Positions 38,572 through 48,284 of a DNA stretch of 64,000 nt are shown in pieces. Each line of letters begins with the position of its first letter. Position 1 is the stretch's first letter. This DNA is from an uncultured Acidimicrobiales bacterium (GTDB lineage: Bacteria; Actinomycetota; Acidimicrobiia; Acidimicrobiales; SZUA-35): contig CAKZXA010000018.1 of NCBI GenBank assembly GCA_937922045.1, positions 38,279 to 102,278 of the forward strand, read 5' to 3'. A program made the translations under genes and the position numbers. The notes under the pieces are model-generated. The model saw only the letters and a list, made by a program, of their open reading frames with translations. It ran no database searches and was not told the origin of the DNA.

Positions 38572-39588
38572 TCACCGGCTCCGTTCGAGCAGCATGCAAT
38601 CGCCGAACGACAAGAAGCGATAACCCCGAGTGCGGGCTTCAGCATAGATGTCTCGCCACAGGGGCCCTACGAAGGCATCGACCAGAACGAGCAGCGACGA
38701 TTTGGGAACATGAAAGTTGGTAAGCAACACGTCGACGACCTGCCACTCGAAGCCCCGGCGAATGAAAAGATCGGTAGATCCTTCCAGCGGGCGTCCGGCT
38801 GCCACCGATTCGAGGGTGCGAACCACCGTGGTACCGACCGCCACCACCCGCTCGGCCTCAACGATGCGTTGCCAGGCCTCGGGCTCAACCCGGTAACGCT
38901 CAGAATGCATAACGTGGTCGTCGAGACGTTCGGCTGTGATTGGCTTGAACGTTCCCAGCCCGACCATCAGCTCGACGTGGACCACCTCGACACCAGCCTC
39001 GGCAAGGGAGTCGAGGACGGCGGTGGACAGGTGCAGGCCAGCGGTGGGAGCTGCGACGGAACCTTCCCGATCAGCAAAGATGGTCTGATAGCGGCCAGGG
39101 TCATCGAGTGTTTCGTAGATATAGGGCGGGAGGGGGACCTGCCCAGCGACATCGATGGCGTCATCAGCAACCTCGACCAGCCGCCGACCATCGCCAACCG
39201 CAGCTCCAACCCGTACGACATCGCGACCGTCGGCCTGCAGCACGGTGCCATCGGCCACCCGCTTCGACGGCTTCACGAGAGCATGCCACTCTCTCCCGTT
39301 GCCGGTTGGTTCGAGGAGAAACACCTCGACCGCACCGCCGGTCGGCTTCGTAACAAGCAGGCGAGCGGCCATCACCTTGGTCGTGTTGACCACCAACACA
39401 TCACCGGCCCGCAAGTGATCGGCGAGTGCGGCAACCGTCGAATGCTGCCGCTCGCCTACGGCATCGGCGACGAGCATTCTCGCCGCATCCCTCGGCTCGA
39501 TCGGGGTCTGAGCGATGAACTCTGTAGGAAGTTCGTAGTCGAAATCGTCAGCGGTTACGGGCACGCCACCGTTCGGTCTTGCTGTCAC
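38572..39588 (-). CDS. queA: S-adenosylmethionine:tRNA ribosyltransferase-isomerase
   Basis: 338 aa with motifs FDYELPTEFIAQTP, PLPPYI, AAPTAGLH, VGTTVVRTLES, LLTNFHVPKSSLL and YRFLSFGDCMLL. Confidence 0.95.
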   Translation of the reverse strand: MTARPNGGVPVTADDFDYELPTEFIAQTPIEPRDAARMLVADAVGERQHSTVAALADHLRAGDVLVVNTTKVMAARLLVTKPTGGAVEVFLLEPTGNGREWHALVKPSKRVADGTVLQADGRDVVRVGAAVGDGRRLVEVADDAIDVAGQVPLPPYIYETLDDPGRYQTIFADREGSVAAPTAGLHLSTAVLDSLAEAGVEVVHVELMVGLGTFKPITAERLDDHVMHSERYRVEPEAWQRIVEAERVVAVGTTVVRTLESVAAGRPLEGSTDLFIRRGFEWQVVDVLLTNFHVPKSSLLVLVDAFVGPLWRDIYAEARTRGYRFLSFGDCMLLERSR

Positions 39589-39614
39589 GCCTGCTCTGCT
39601 CGCTTTCGAGACAC

Positions 39615-40691
39615 CTAGTCGAAAAGGGTGGTGACCTCGGGAGCCACCAGCGACGACTCAGGAGCGGAGAACCCAAGGTGTTGCCAGGCGGCTGCGGTTG
39701 CAACCCTACCGCGCGGCGTGCGAATCAGAAGCCCCTGCTGGATAAGAAAGGGCTCGATGACTTCCTCGACCGTTTCGGTTGGCTCACCGATGCTGATAGC
39801 GACGGTCGAAAGCCCAACGGGGCCTCCGCCAAATCGCTCGCAAAGGTTGCTTAGGAGGATGCGGTCGACCTTGTCGAGTCCACGTTCGTCGATCCCGAAC
39901 AATGCCAGACCGTCGGCCGCAGCCTCCTGATCGATGACCCCTCGACCGCGCACTTCGGCGAAGTCGCGCACGCGGCGCAGAAGGCGGTTGGCGATCCGGG
40001 GGGTACCTCGGCTACGACAGGCGATTTCAGCAGCACCCGCGGGTTCAATATCGACCCCGAGCACATCTGCGGCCCGCACAACAATGCGCTCCAGGTCATC
40101 GGCGCTGTAGTAGTCGAGCCGGAACGAAAATCCGAAGCGGTCCCGCAAGGGGCCGGTTATGAGGCCGGTGCGAGTCGTCGCTCCGACCAGTGTGAACGGC
40201 TCCAGGTCGAAACGGATCGAGCGAGCGGCCGGGCCCTTGCCAAGCATCACGTCCAACTGCAAATCTTCCATCGCCGGGTACAGCACCTCTTCGACCACGC
40301 GAGGCAGGCGATGTATCTCATCGATGAACAGCACATCACCGGAATCGAGCTTCGTGAGTATCGACGCAAGGTCGCCAGCACGCTCGATTGCCGGTCCGGA
40401 AGTAATGTGCAGATGGGCGCCGAGCTCGTTGGCCACAATGCCTGCCAGCGTTGTCTTGCCGAGCCCTGGCGGACCCGCAAACAGCAGATGGTCAGATGCT
40501 TGCTCGCGTTTGGACGCGGCTTCGAGAATGATGCCGAGCCGTTCCTTGAGTTCTCGTTGACCGACGAATTCCTCCAACGATTTCGGCCGAAGCTTCGATT
40601 CGTCAAGACTCGAACGGTCGTCGTCGGCAAGAAGCGGTGGTTCAATATCATCAGCGGTTGAGAACGGCTCAAGCAGTTCGTCGCGAGGCAT
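39615..40691 (-). CDS. ruvB: Holliday junction branch migration ATPase RuvB
   Basis: 358 aa with Walker [10 protein letters not shown], Walker [10 protein letters not shown] and a winged-helix C-terminus. Confidence 0.97.
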   Translation of the reverse strand: MPRDELLEPFSTADDIEPPLLADDDRSSLDESKLRPKSLEEFVGQRELKERLGIILEAASKREQASDHLLFAGPPGLGKTTLAGIVANELGAHLHITSGPAIERAGDLASILTKLDSGDVLFIDEIHRLPRVVEEVLYPAMEDLQLDVMLGKGPAARSIRFDLEPFTLVGATTRTGLITGPLRDRFGFSFRLDYYSADDLERIVVRAADVLGVDIEPAGAAEIACRSRGTPRIANRLLRRVRDFAEVRGRGVIDQEAAADGLALFGIDERGLDKVDRILLSNLCERFGGGPVGLSTVAISIGEPTETVEEVIEPFLIQQGLLIRTPRGRVATAAAWQHLGFSAPESSLVAPEVTTLFD

Positions 40692-40693
40692 CC

Positions 40694-41332
40694 TTATCCT
40701 CCTGCCAGCGCCAGGAGCGCCCGTTTGAGTAGCTGGCCGGAGTCTGCCTCATCAGCTTGGCTCTCGCCCTCGGCCGAGACGGTGGCCACCGCCCGACGGA
40801 TCTCCTCGGTTGAGTAACCGAGGCTGGAAAGAGCGTCGCGCACGTCTGCGAGTGCGTTTTCGCCGCCTCGCAACACGGCGCCCGGCGGCGAAGCATCGGC
40901 ATCGAGGACCGGGAGCACCACGGTTGCCTTCAGCTCAACCAGGAGCCGTTGTGCCGTCTTCTTACCAACACCAGGAACCTCGCACAAGGCGTTCAGATCC
41001 TCATTGTTCAGTATCGCCGCCAACTCGGGCACCGCGTATGTCGCAAGCACGGCCAGGGCCAGCGCCGGACCAACGCCGTGGGCGGCGAGCAGACCTTCAA
41101 AGGCATCTCGTTCATCGAAGCTAGCAAATCCGTAGAGACGCTGATCAGCCTCGCGGATGTGATGATGGATGGCCAGCAGCACATCCTCATCGGCGGGAAG
41201 TCGACTCAGCGTTGCCGGCGTTGTCGTCACTCGGTAGCCGACACCAGCTACCTCGAGCAGCAGCTCGACTCCTGCCACCTTGTCCAACGAGGTCGTGCGC
41301 CCGACTACCCGGCCACGCAGACTACCGATCAT
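40694..41332 (-). CDS. ruvA: Holliday junction DNA-binding protein RuvA
   Basis: [11 protein letters not shown] from ATG 41332, the canonical RuvA start (the track begins two codons earlier at 41338). It has HhH motifs ([11 protein letters not shown]). Confidence 0.93.
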   Translation of the reverse strand: MIGSLRGRVVGRTTSLDKVAGVELLLEVAGVGYRVTTTPATLSRLPADEDVLLAIHHHIREADQRLYGFASFDERDAFEGLLAAHGVGPALALAVLATYAVPELAAILNNEDLNALCEVPGVGKKTAQRLLVELKATVVLPVLDADASPPGAVLRGGENALADVRDALSSLGYSTEEIRRAVATVSAEGESQADEADSGQLLKRALLALAGG

Positions 41333-41840
41333 TGACATTCACCAATCCTTTGCTCGCCTGTCGCAGCCCGGGGTCGTGGGCTAGATGGCACAGGGCGACG
41401 GCCGCGGCGTCGGCCGCATCAGCCGGTTTAGGGATGGAAGCCAGACCAAGCAAGGTTTGCACCATCGACTGAACTTGCAACTTGTCGGCCCGACCATCGC
41501 CGGCGACCACTGATTTAATCTCCGACGGAGAATACTCACAGACCGGGATGCGGCGAGCTGCAGCCTCGGCCAGAACAAGGCCTGAGGCCTGAGCCACGCT
41601 GACGACGGTGCGAATATTGCTCTGTACAAAAATTCGCTCCACCGAGACGACGACCGGCTGAAATTCATCCAGCAAGGAGACGATTTCAGCTTGCAACTCT
41701 GCAAGCCGATTCGGCGTTGGATCCTCGGGCGAGGTGCGGATCACGCCGAGGGCGCGTGCGCGCCCCTGGCCGCGGCGCGCTGGTTCAACCAGTGCATAGC
41801 CGCAACGCGAAAGACCCGGATCGATGCCCAAGACGAACAT
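41322..41840 (-). CDS. ruvC: crossover junction endodeoxyribonuclease RuvC
   Basis: MFVLGIDPGLSRCGYA from ATG 41840, with catalytic acidic residues in GIDPG, VERIF and ADAADAAAVALCH. The track's 23 extra codons have no RuvC counterpart. Confidence 0.92.
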   Translation of the reverse strand: MFVLGIDPGLSRCGYALVEPARRGQGRARALGVIRTSPEDPTPNRLAELQAEIVSLLDEFQPVVVSVERIFVQSNIRTVVSVAQASGLVLAEAAARRIPVCEYSPSEIKSVVAGDGRADKLQVQSMVQTLLGLASIPKPADAADAAAVALCHLAHDPGLRQASKGLVNVNDR

Positions 41841-41847
41841 GCGTACG
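41834..41847. promoter_or_regulatory. SOS-box-like near-palindrome overlapping the ruvC start codon
   Basis: CGAAC-ATGC-GTACG has one mismatch to the GAAC-N4-GTTC core of the actinobacterial/Gram-positive LexA box as I remember it. With flanks it matches 9 of 12 positions of TCGAAC-N4-GTTCGA. Confidence 0.25.
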
Positions 41848-41948
41848 CATGATAGTCGGCCCACCCTTGTGCCAGGCGGATAGAGCGGCGGCCTAACGGC
41901 TGATACCAAGCTCCTTCAGCAGTTGCGCAAGGTGCCGATAGCACGGAG

Positions 41949-42992
41949 GTGGCCCTCTCAGATCATTTCGACGTCCGCCTTCGCACGGTAAGCAAAAGCT
42001 TCGGTAGCGTCGACGCCCTCTCCAGCCTTTCTCTGGAGCTGGTGCGATCAGAGATCACGGTCTTGCTCGGGCCGAACGGAGCGGGCAAGACGACGGCTGC
42101 TCGTGTCATCACCGGCGCCATCGAACCCGACACCGGCGACGTCGAGGTCTTCGGGGTCGACCCTGCCGGGCCTGATGGCGAGCAGGTCCGACGGGACTGT
42201 GGCGTGGTTTCGGCCAAACCATCGCTCTACGACCGCCTTAGCGGTCTCGACAACCTTCGCTACGCGGCATCGCTCTACGGGCTCGGCACAGGCGTCGAGG
42301 CCGAGGCTCGGATAGTGGAAGCGGCGAAACAGTTCGAGATCGACGCCGACCTCCACCACAAGGTCGGCGGCTATTCCACCGGCATGAAAACGCGTCTCGC
42401 CCTGGCCCGGGCCATTCTCCATCGGCCTCGCCTACTCCTGCTCGATGAGCCTACGTCGGGGCTCGACCCAGAGTCATCGGTAGCTGTACTGGCCATGGTG
42501 CGCGAGATGACGGCCGATGACAGAACCGTGCTCATGTGCACTCATCTCCTGTCCGAAGCTGAAGGACTGGCCGATCAGGTCATCATGCTCGAAGGCGGAC
42601 GGGATCTACTCAACGGCGATCCCCAAAGCTTGTCGCAGCGATTCTGGCCCTCTCCATCGATCGATATCACCGCCTTGCACGGGCCCGACCTCGATCGTAT
42701 GGCTCTTTGGCCCGAAATTCTCAGTTACGACCGCGTCGAGGCAACAGCCCATGTCGAGATCAGCGATGACACATCGCCAGCCGACATCATCCTCAGGCTG
42801 GCTGGCGACGGTATCCGACTCGACTCGATCATGCCCTTTCGTCCTTCTCTCGAAGATCTCTATTTCGCCGTCAGGGCCGAACGACGGGCACCCGAGACCG
42901 GCAGTGACGAAACGCCACCGGTCGGCGAAAGCCCGAAGAGCGGCCGTGGGGAACTCGACCGATCGCGACCGACGGCAAGGAGCGCCCAATGA
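41949..42992 (+). CDS. ABC transporter ATP-binding protein (ABC-2 exporter type)
   Basis: 347 aa with Walker A GPNGAGKTT, a signature-like YSTGMKTRLALA, Walker B LLLLDEPTSGLD and an H-loop (CTHLL). It has a C-terminal accessory domain plus a charged tail and a GTG start. Confidence 0.9.
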   Translation: MALSDHFDVRLRTVSKSFGSVDALSSLSLELVRSEITVLLGPNGAGKTTAARVITGAIEPDTGDVEVFGVDPAGPDGEQVRRDCGVVSAKPSLYDRLSGLDNLRYAASLYGLGTGVEAEARIVEAAKQFEIDADLHHKVGGYSTGMKTRLALARAILHRPRLLLLDEPTSGLDPESSVAVLAMVREMTADDRTVLMCTHLLSEAEGLADQVIMLEGGRDLLNGDPQSLSQRFWPSPSIDITALHGPDLDRMALWPEILSYDRVEATAHVEISDDTSPADIILRLAGDGIRLDSIMPFRPSLEDLYFAVRAERRAPETGSDETPPVGESPKSGRGELDRSRPTARSAQ

Positions 42993-43843
42993 GCACCACC
43001 ATACGCGCCAGCAGCGGACTCAACTGGAACCGAGTCATGACCATCGCCAAGACGGATCTCAAGCAGCTGATCCAAGCTCGGGACTTCTGGATACCGATGA
43101 TGCTGCTGGGTTCGATCTTCTTTATCTTTGTTCCAGCCACGCTGCTCTTCACCATTACCAACATCGGTGATGTCGACGTGGTCGAACGCATGTCGGAAAC
43201 GCTTGAAGTACTGCCGAGTTCGGCTCAAGCTCAGATCCAAGGCAAAAGCGCCGAAGGCAAGACCGGCTACGCTCTGGCGGTCTTTCTGCTCGCACCTGTG
43301 GTCGTCATCGTTCCCTTGACCATCTCCACCGCGGTCGGCGCCTCGACGATTGTCGGCGAACGCGAGCGTGGTACCGGTGAGTTCTTAGCCCACTCCCCCG
43401 CCGACGTCAGAGAAATCTACATGGGAAAGCTGATCGCCAGCCTCGCCCCCGGCTACTTCACGGTCGTTGTCGGCTTTACGATCTACTCGTTGCTCGTCAA
43501 CCTTCTCGTCGGCCCTGAGGTTGGCGGATGGTTCTTCCCGACCCAGCAGTGGTGGATCATGATCGTTTGGGTTCTTCCCCCCTTCCTCGCTATCTGCCTA
43601 TCGCTCGTGCTGCGCTTGTCGGCGCGCGTCAGCTCCACAGCGGCCGCCCAGCAAGCCTCCGGCCTGGTCAGCCTGCCACTCATCATGATTGCCTACAGCC
43701 AGTCGACAGGGGTGCTATTCGGCGCTGGCAACATGCCGATCATCGTTGGCGGCCTCGCGTGGGTGCTCGCCATCATCAGCCTGTCTCGCGGCCTTCGAAG
43801 CGTTCAGCGATCCCGGTTGTTGGGCGTAGCCGCCACCGGCTAG
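42989..43843 (+). CDS. ABC-2 family transporter permease
   Basis: 284 aa with about 6 TM segments and the motif GERERGTGEFLAHSP, typical of NatB-like ABC-2 permeases. It forms an ATGA overlap with the ATPase gene. Confidence 0.8.
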   Translation: MSTTIRASSGLNWNRVMTIAKTDLKQLIQARDFWIPMMLLGSIFFIFVPATLLFTITNIGDVDVVERMSETLEVLPSSAQAQIQGKSAEGKTGYALAVFLLAPVVVIVPLTISTAVGASTIVGERERGTGEFLAHSPADVREIYMGKLIASLAPGYFTVVVGFTIYSLLVNLLVGPEVGGWFFPTQQWWIMIVWVLPPFLAICLSLVLRLSARVSSTAAAQQASGLVSLPLIMIAYSQSTGVLFGAGNMPIIVGGLAWVLAIISLSRGLRSVQRSRLLGVAATG

Positions 43844-44590
43844 CTACTCCAGCGACCCCATCAGCTCATCGGGAATGTCGATGTTGGAGTGAACGTCTTG
43901 GACATCGTCGGAGTCATCCAGAATCTCCACGAGGTTCAGCACCGCCTTGACGTCACCAGCTTCCGTCATCGGAACTGTATTGGTCGGCACCATCGTCGTG
44001 TCGGACTCGGTAACTTCGATGCCAGCCTCTTCCAACGCCGACCGCAAACTCAAGACGTCGCTTGGATCACAGGTGACCTGCCAGATCTCATCAAGGTCTT
44101 CAAGGTCTTCGGCGCCCGCGTCCAGACCGACCAACATCACGTCGTCTTCGGCTGCCGACTTTGAAACGTTAATGATGCCCTTGCGCTCAAACTGCCAAGA
44201 TACGGCGCCTGGCTCTGCGAGCGAGCCCCCGTTCTTCGACAGCAGCGAACGGATTTCCGAACCCGTTCGATTGCGGTTATCGGTGAGGGTTTCGATCATC
44301 AAAGCCACGCCACCCGGGGCGTAGCCTTCATAGGTGATGGGCTCATAGCTGACACCTTCGAGTTCGCCGGTGCCCCGCTTGACCGCCCGCTCGATCGTGT
44401 CCAGCGGCACGGAGTTGTCGCGCGCCTTCTGGAACATCGTTCGCAGGGTCGGGTTGGCTTCGGGGTCGCCGCCTCCCTGCCGAGCCGCCACCTCCACCTG
44501 CTTGATCAGCTTGGCAAAGAGCTTGCCCCGTTTGGCGTCGGCCGCGCCCTTCTTGTGCTTGATGGTTGCCCATTTGGAATGGCCTGACAC
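43844..44590 (-). CDS. yebC: YebC/PmpR family DNA-binding transcriptional regulator
   Basis: 248 aa beginning MSGHSKWATIKHKKGAADAKRGKLFAKL. Confidence 0.95.
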   Translation of the reverse strand: MSGHSKWATIKHKKGAADAKRGKLFAKLIKQVEVAARQGGGDPEANPTLRTMFQKARDNSVPLDTIERAVKRGTGELEGVSYEPITYEGYAPGGVALMIETLTDNRNRTGSEIRSLLSKNGGSLAEPGAVSWQFERKGIINVSKSAAEDDVMLVGLDAGAEDLEDLDEIWQVTCDPSDVLSLRSALEEAGIEVTESDTTMVPTNTVPMTEAGDVKAVLNLVEILDDSDDVQDVHSNIDIPDELMGSLE

Positions 44591-44647
44591 GAAACATCCT
44601 CCTGATGGGGGCTAGATGGCGGGGCTGGCTCCAGCGCGGTGCTTAGT

Positions 44648-45223
44648 CTAGGCGAAGTCCAAGAAGTACCGATGCAGACGATCGTCCTCGGTGAGTTCCG
44701 GGTGAAAGGAGCAGACGAGAATGTTCTCCTGGCGGCAAAGCACGGGGACACCCTCCCAGGCTGCGAGCACGGTCACATCCGCCCCGACGGATTCGACGAG
44801 AGGGGCCCGAATAAAAATGGCTCTCAGAGGATCGCCCCCAATCTCGGTGATGGCAAGATCAGCCTCGAACGAATCGATCTGGCGGCCGTACCCGTTGCGC
44901 TTCACCGAGATATCGATAGCGGCGAAACTCTGCTGGTCGGGACGCCCATCGGAGACATCATCGGCAAGCAGAATCATGCCAGCACAGGTACCGAAGACGG
45001 GCATCCCGTCTTCGATCATCTCAGAGATCGGTCCGAAGAGGTCAAAGGTGCGAAGCAACTTCGACATCGTCGTCGACTCCCCGCCCGGCATGACGAGCGC
45101 ATCGCATGCCAGGAGTTGTCGATCGTTGCGAACCTCGACCGCCTCGGCCCCACAGCGTTCCAAGGCCTCTCGATGACGCGCAAACGCCCCCTGGAGAGCG
45201 AGGACGCCTACCCGGTTCGGCAA
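44648..45223 (-). CDS. pdxT: pyridoxal 5'-phosphate synthase glutaminase subunit
   Basis: 191 aa with VGVLALQGAF, the catalytic Cys in GTCAGMILL, and SFHPELT. Confidence 0.95.
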   Translation of the reverse strand: MPNRVGVLALQGAFARHREALERCGAEAVEVRNDRQLLACDALVMPGGESTTMSKLLRTFDLFGPISEMIEDGMPVFGTCAGMILLADDVSDGRPDQQSFAAIDISVKRNGYGRQIDSFEADLAITEIGGDPLRAIFIRAPLVESVGADVTVLAAWEGVPVLCRQENILVCSFHPELTEDDRLHRYFLDFA

Positions 45224-45230
45224 CTCGCCG

Positions 45231-46166
45231 CTACCAGCCTCGCTCAGCGAGTTTTACGTCCAGGTCATCCATATCGATCCCGGTCATCGGCTGGCCGAGG
45301 CCTCGACTCACCTTAGCCAGGATCCCTGCATCCTTGAAGTTCGTGGTGGCCTCGACGATGGCCTTAGCCCGAGGGGCGGGGTCTGTGCTCTTGAAGATTC
45401 CGGAACCAACGAACACTGCTTCAGCCCCAAGTTGCATAGCCAGAGCGGCATCAGCCGGCGTCGCCAGGCCACCTGCGCAAAAGAGCGGCACCTGGAGCTG
45501 GCCGGTTTCGGCGATCTCCTGAATGAGAGGTAGCGGGGCCTGGAGCTTCTTGGCCCACTCGAACAGTTCTGCCTCGTCAGACTGGGTGATGCGGCGGATG
45601 TCGCCGGTGATGGATCGGAGGTGACGCACGGCTTCGACCACGTTGCCGGTGCCAGCCTCGCCCTTCGAGCGGATCATGCAAGCGCCTTCGCTGATACGGC
45701 GCAGCGCTTCACCCAGGTTGGTGGCACCACAAACAAACGGAACCGTGAAGGCGAACTTGTCGATGTGGTGGGCCTCGTCGGCCGGCGTCAAGACCTCGGA
45801 CTCGTCGATGTAGTCGACGCCGAGTGCCTGGAGAATTTGGGCTTCGACGAAATGCCCGATGCGAGCCTTCGCCATAACCGGAATAGTCACGACGGCCTTG
45901 ATGCCCTCGATCATCTCCGGGTCGCTCATGCGAGCCACCCCACCATCGGTACGGATATCAGCGGGAACTCGCTCAAGTGCCATGACCGCCGTCGCTCCGG
46001 CGTCCTCAGCGATCTTCGCTTGATCCGGCGTGACCACATCCATGATCACACCGCCCTTGAGCATTTCGGCGAGACCGCGCTTTACCCGAACGGTTCCCTC
46101 CGTTCGAACGTTCTCACTCCCAGAAGCCATGTTCTCTGCCATGGCGTCAGTGTACGGCTTGTTCAT
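45231..46166 (-). CDS. pdxS: pyridoxal 5'-phosphate synthase lyase subunit
   Basis: From ATG 46166 it reads MNKPYTDAM...[18 protein letters not shown]...[10 protein letters not shown]...GEAGTGN. The track's extra 70 codons overlap the end of the DUF3048 gene and look non-coding. Confidence 0.95.
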   Translation of the reverse strand: MNKPYTDAMAENMASGSENVRTEGTVRVKRGLAEMLKGGVIMDVVTPDQAKIAEDAGATAVMALERVPADIRTDGGVARMSDPEMIEGIKAVVTIPVMAKARIGHFVEAQILQALGVDYIDESEVLTPADEAHHIDKFAFTVPFVCGATNLGEALRRISEGACMIRSKGEAGTGNVVEAVRHLRSITGDIRRITQSDEAELFEWAKKLQAPLPLIQEIAETGQLQVPLFCAGGLATPADAALAMQLGAEAVFVGSGIFKSTDPAPRAKAIVEATTNFKDAGILAKVSRGLGQPMTGIDMDDLDVKLAERGW

Positions 46167-46234
46167 AGCGGACTCCCAGATATATTTTCCAGTTTCTCGC
46201 CAAGCCTCCGCACGCCGCCGGGCCACGACCGGGC

Positions 46235-47380
46235 CTAGGGTGGGGATTGCCCTGAGGCGAAGCCAACCTGGCCTTCCTCGGCAAACAAAACCCATGTGCG
46301 ACCTGGCGTTAGGGCTATCTCGTCGCCAGCGGAATCGGCGAGAGAAAGTTTGTCTGACGCCGCCGGCCTCGACCACGATCCAGCGATGATGCGACCGTCG
46401 GTCAGAACCAGCAGATCACCACCGCCCGTGGAAACGACCTCGGGTGATGAGGCGTCAGCCGGGCTTGTTCGATAGGTCGTCGTGGCGACGACAACGTTCT
46501 CGGGAGCCAGTTGAACTCCATCGGATGTTAGATGCGGATGGCCATCCTGTGTTCGGAGCCATCCACCGAGCTCGTCGTCCCAGGTATGGGTAACAACAGG
46601 CGATCCGGTAAAAGAAATCGTCACCGGACCAGTAGCCTCGACCCCGGTATCGAGAATCCCCGACTCGGATCTCCGGTAGGAGAACCACGGCGAGGGGCTA
46701 CCGCCACGCTCCCCCGCAACCGAATACAGGTCGGAGCCCATGATGAAGAGATTGTGCGGCGCAGGCCGAGAGAAGTCGCGGAAATACTCGTTGCGTGACC
46801 GGTTCGTCAATTCCACGATTGGCAGCTCACGCAACCCAGCGGTGACATAGTCGTTACCCCCCGACGAGGCATAGATCGGCGTGTCGAGGCCGCGCAAAAG
46901 GTCGAAGTCGGACGTTCGGCTCGAACGCACAGGACCAACCGGATCCGGAATCACCGAGTGGAAGACAGCAGCAAATCGAGTGACCCCTTCCGCTCGCAGA
47001 TCAAAAACGATGTCAGCGAGGTCAAGCCCGGTTTGAGGCCGAGCGCGGGGATGGTTGTCGACCTTGACCACGAGGGCGGGCCGGTCAAGAATCACTGCGG
47101 CGGCCGCCTCATCCAGAAGAACACCACTCAATGGAGCAGCAACCCCGGTCTCGATCTCTGGCACTTCCGCAGGCGCCGGCTCGATGATTGCATCCTCATC
47201 GACCATCGACATAAGCGAGGGCGAATTGACCTGAACCTTTTCACCGGCCGCGCCTTGCACCGCGCCACCGAGATCAACGTCGGTTACTACCACCGCTGGC
47301 TCGAGCCACCAAGCAGCGACAACCAACATGAGTGCAGTGATTCCTACGAGCGTGTGTCGTGCTCGTAGGAAGCGACTCAC
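46235..47380 (-). CDS. DUF3048 domain protein (membrane-anchored, extracytoplasmic)
   Basis: 381 aa with an N-terminal anchor ([15 protein letters not shown]). The core [39 protein letters not shown]...[11 protein letters not shown] fits the DUF3048 (YerB-like) pattern as I remember it. Confidence 0.7.
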   Translation of the reverse strand: MSRFLRARHTLVGITALMLVVAAWWLEPAVVVTDVDLGGAVQGAAGEKVQVNSPSLMSMVDEDAIIEPAPAEVPEIETGVAAPLSGVLLDEAAAAVILDRPALVVKVDNHPRARPQTGLDLADIVFDLRAEGVTRFAAVFHSVIPDPVGPVRSSRTSDFDLLRGLDTPIYASSGGNDYVTAGLRELPIVELTNRSRNEYFRDFSRPAPHNLFIMGSDLYSVAGERGGSPSPWFSYRRSESGILDTGVEATGPVTISFTGSPVVTHTWDDELGGWLRTQDGHPHLTSDGVQLAPENVVVATTTYRTSPADASSPEVVSTGGGDLLVLTDGRIIAGSWSRPAASDKLSLADSAGDEIALTPGRTWVLFAEEGQVGFASGQSPP

Positions 47381-48228
47381 AGCTCAGCTAACACATCAAT
47401 TCTGAGTTCGAGCGGGGCCCGTTGGCCAGCTACCCGCAGGGTCGAGCCACTCGATGCGGTTCCATGATCTGGGTCGACGAGCCAGAGGGTACGCAGCGAA
47501 GGCACCGAGCTCGCCGGAACAGTAGCATCAGCCTTGATCGTGGTCAGGGCCCGACGAAGACCAGGCGGATAGCGGGTCAGCGATACGGCATGCCGATCGG
47601 CTTGGAGATCCCGCCCCTCATCGAGCAGCCTCGATCGAGCAGCGCCGGCCACTGGCGTGAACAAGCCACGGACCCAACCGGGGGTCAATTCGAAGACGGC
47701 CGAATACACGGTCGCTGATTCAGCGTCACCGTTGCGAAGGCGAGCGATCAGTTCGGCCACGACGCCTTCCAACTCGACCAGTTCGAGATCGTTGATCAAG
47801 CCTCTCGTGACGGCGATCGTCAGCTCGTCGCCGCGGCGAATCGCTAGTGCGTTGAGTGCATCGTCGGGCAAGACGTAGACCTCGGGGTGCGAAACCCCGC
47901 CAACGAGCGCCATGCCATTCAGGATGTTTTCCAAACGTGGCGAGGTTCGAGTGGCGGTGGCGTCGCCAAGCAAGGCGTCGAGCACCGTTCGATGGGCGCT
48001 AGACAGGCGCGAAAGCACGTACACGACGGCGACGAGCAAGCCAACGATCAGCCCGAGCCACCACGGGACGCCAGGGATAACGAAGGCCAGAACGACCATC
48101 ACGAGCATGAGGGGCAGAGCGAGAGCGACCACGGCTAGACCCAAGGGCAGGGCGAGGCTGGTTGCGTCGAAGCGAACCGGAGCGATGGCGGCGTCGCCAT
48201 GGTTGGTTTCGTCATGGCCGGTGGACAT
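47377..48228 (-). CDS. M48 (HtpX-like) peptidase homologue lacking the HExxH histidines
   Basis: 283 aa with two N-terminal TMs. It is colinear with M48 landmarks (PEVYVLPDDALNALAI, AVTRGLINDLELVELEGVVAELIARL, EGRDLQADRHAVSLTRYPPGLRRAL). Where HExxH is expected it reads AELIA (47743..47757, checked at the nucleotide level). Confidence 0.6.
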   Translation of the reverse strand: MSTGHDETNHGDAAIAPVRFDATSLALPLGLAVVALALPLMLVMVVLAFVIPGVPWWLGLIVGLLVAVVYVLSRLSSAHRTVLDALLGDATATRTSPRLENILNGMALVGGVSHPEVYVLPDDALNALAIRRGDELTIAVTRGLINDLELVELEGVVAELIARLRNGDAESATVYSAVFELTPGWVRGLFTPVAGAARSRLLDEGRDLQADRHAVSLTRYPPGLRRALTTIKADATVPASSVPSLRTLWLVDPDHGTASSGSTLRVAGQRAPLELRIDVLAEL

Positions 48229-48284
48229 AGCTCACCATCGTAGGGCGAATCCATACCGAGGCGGTTGATTCCAACCGATTGGTT

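Noticed and set aside
38488-39618. 376-aa plus-strand ORF, one of the two longest unexplained ORFs in the track, antisense to queA
   Set aside because: QueA on the minus strand matches E. coli QueA motif by motif. The plus frame shows no motif and has the Arg/Gly/His bias of an antisense frame. Overprinting cannot be excluded without conservation or Ribo-seq data, but nothing supports it.
41841-43843. ABC-2 transporter pair as a mobile genomic island
   Set aside because: There is no integrase or transposase, no tRNA or direct repeats at the borders, and no visible compositional shift. I treat it as ordinary chromosomal content, reported only as a synteny interruption.
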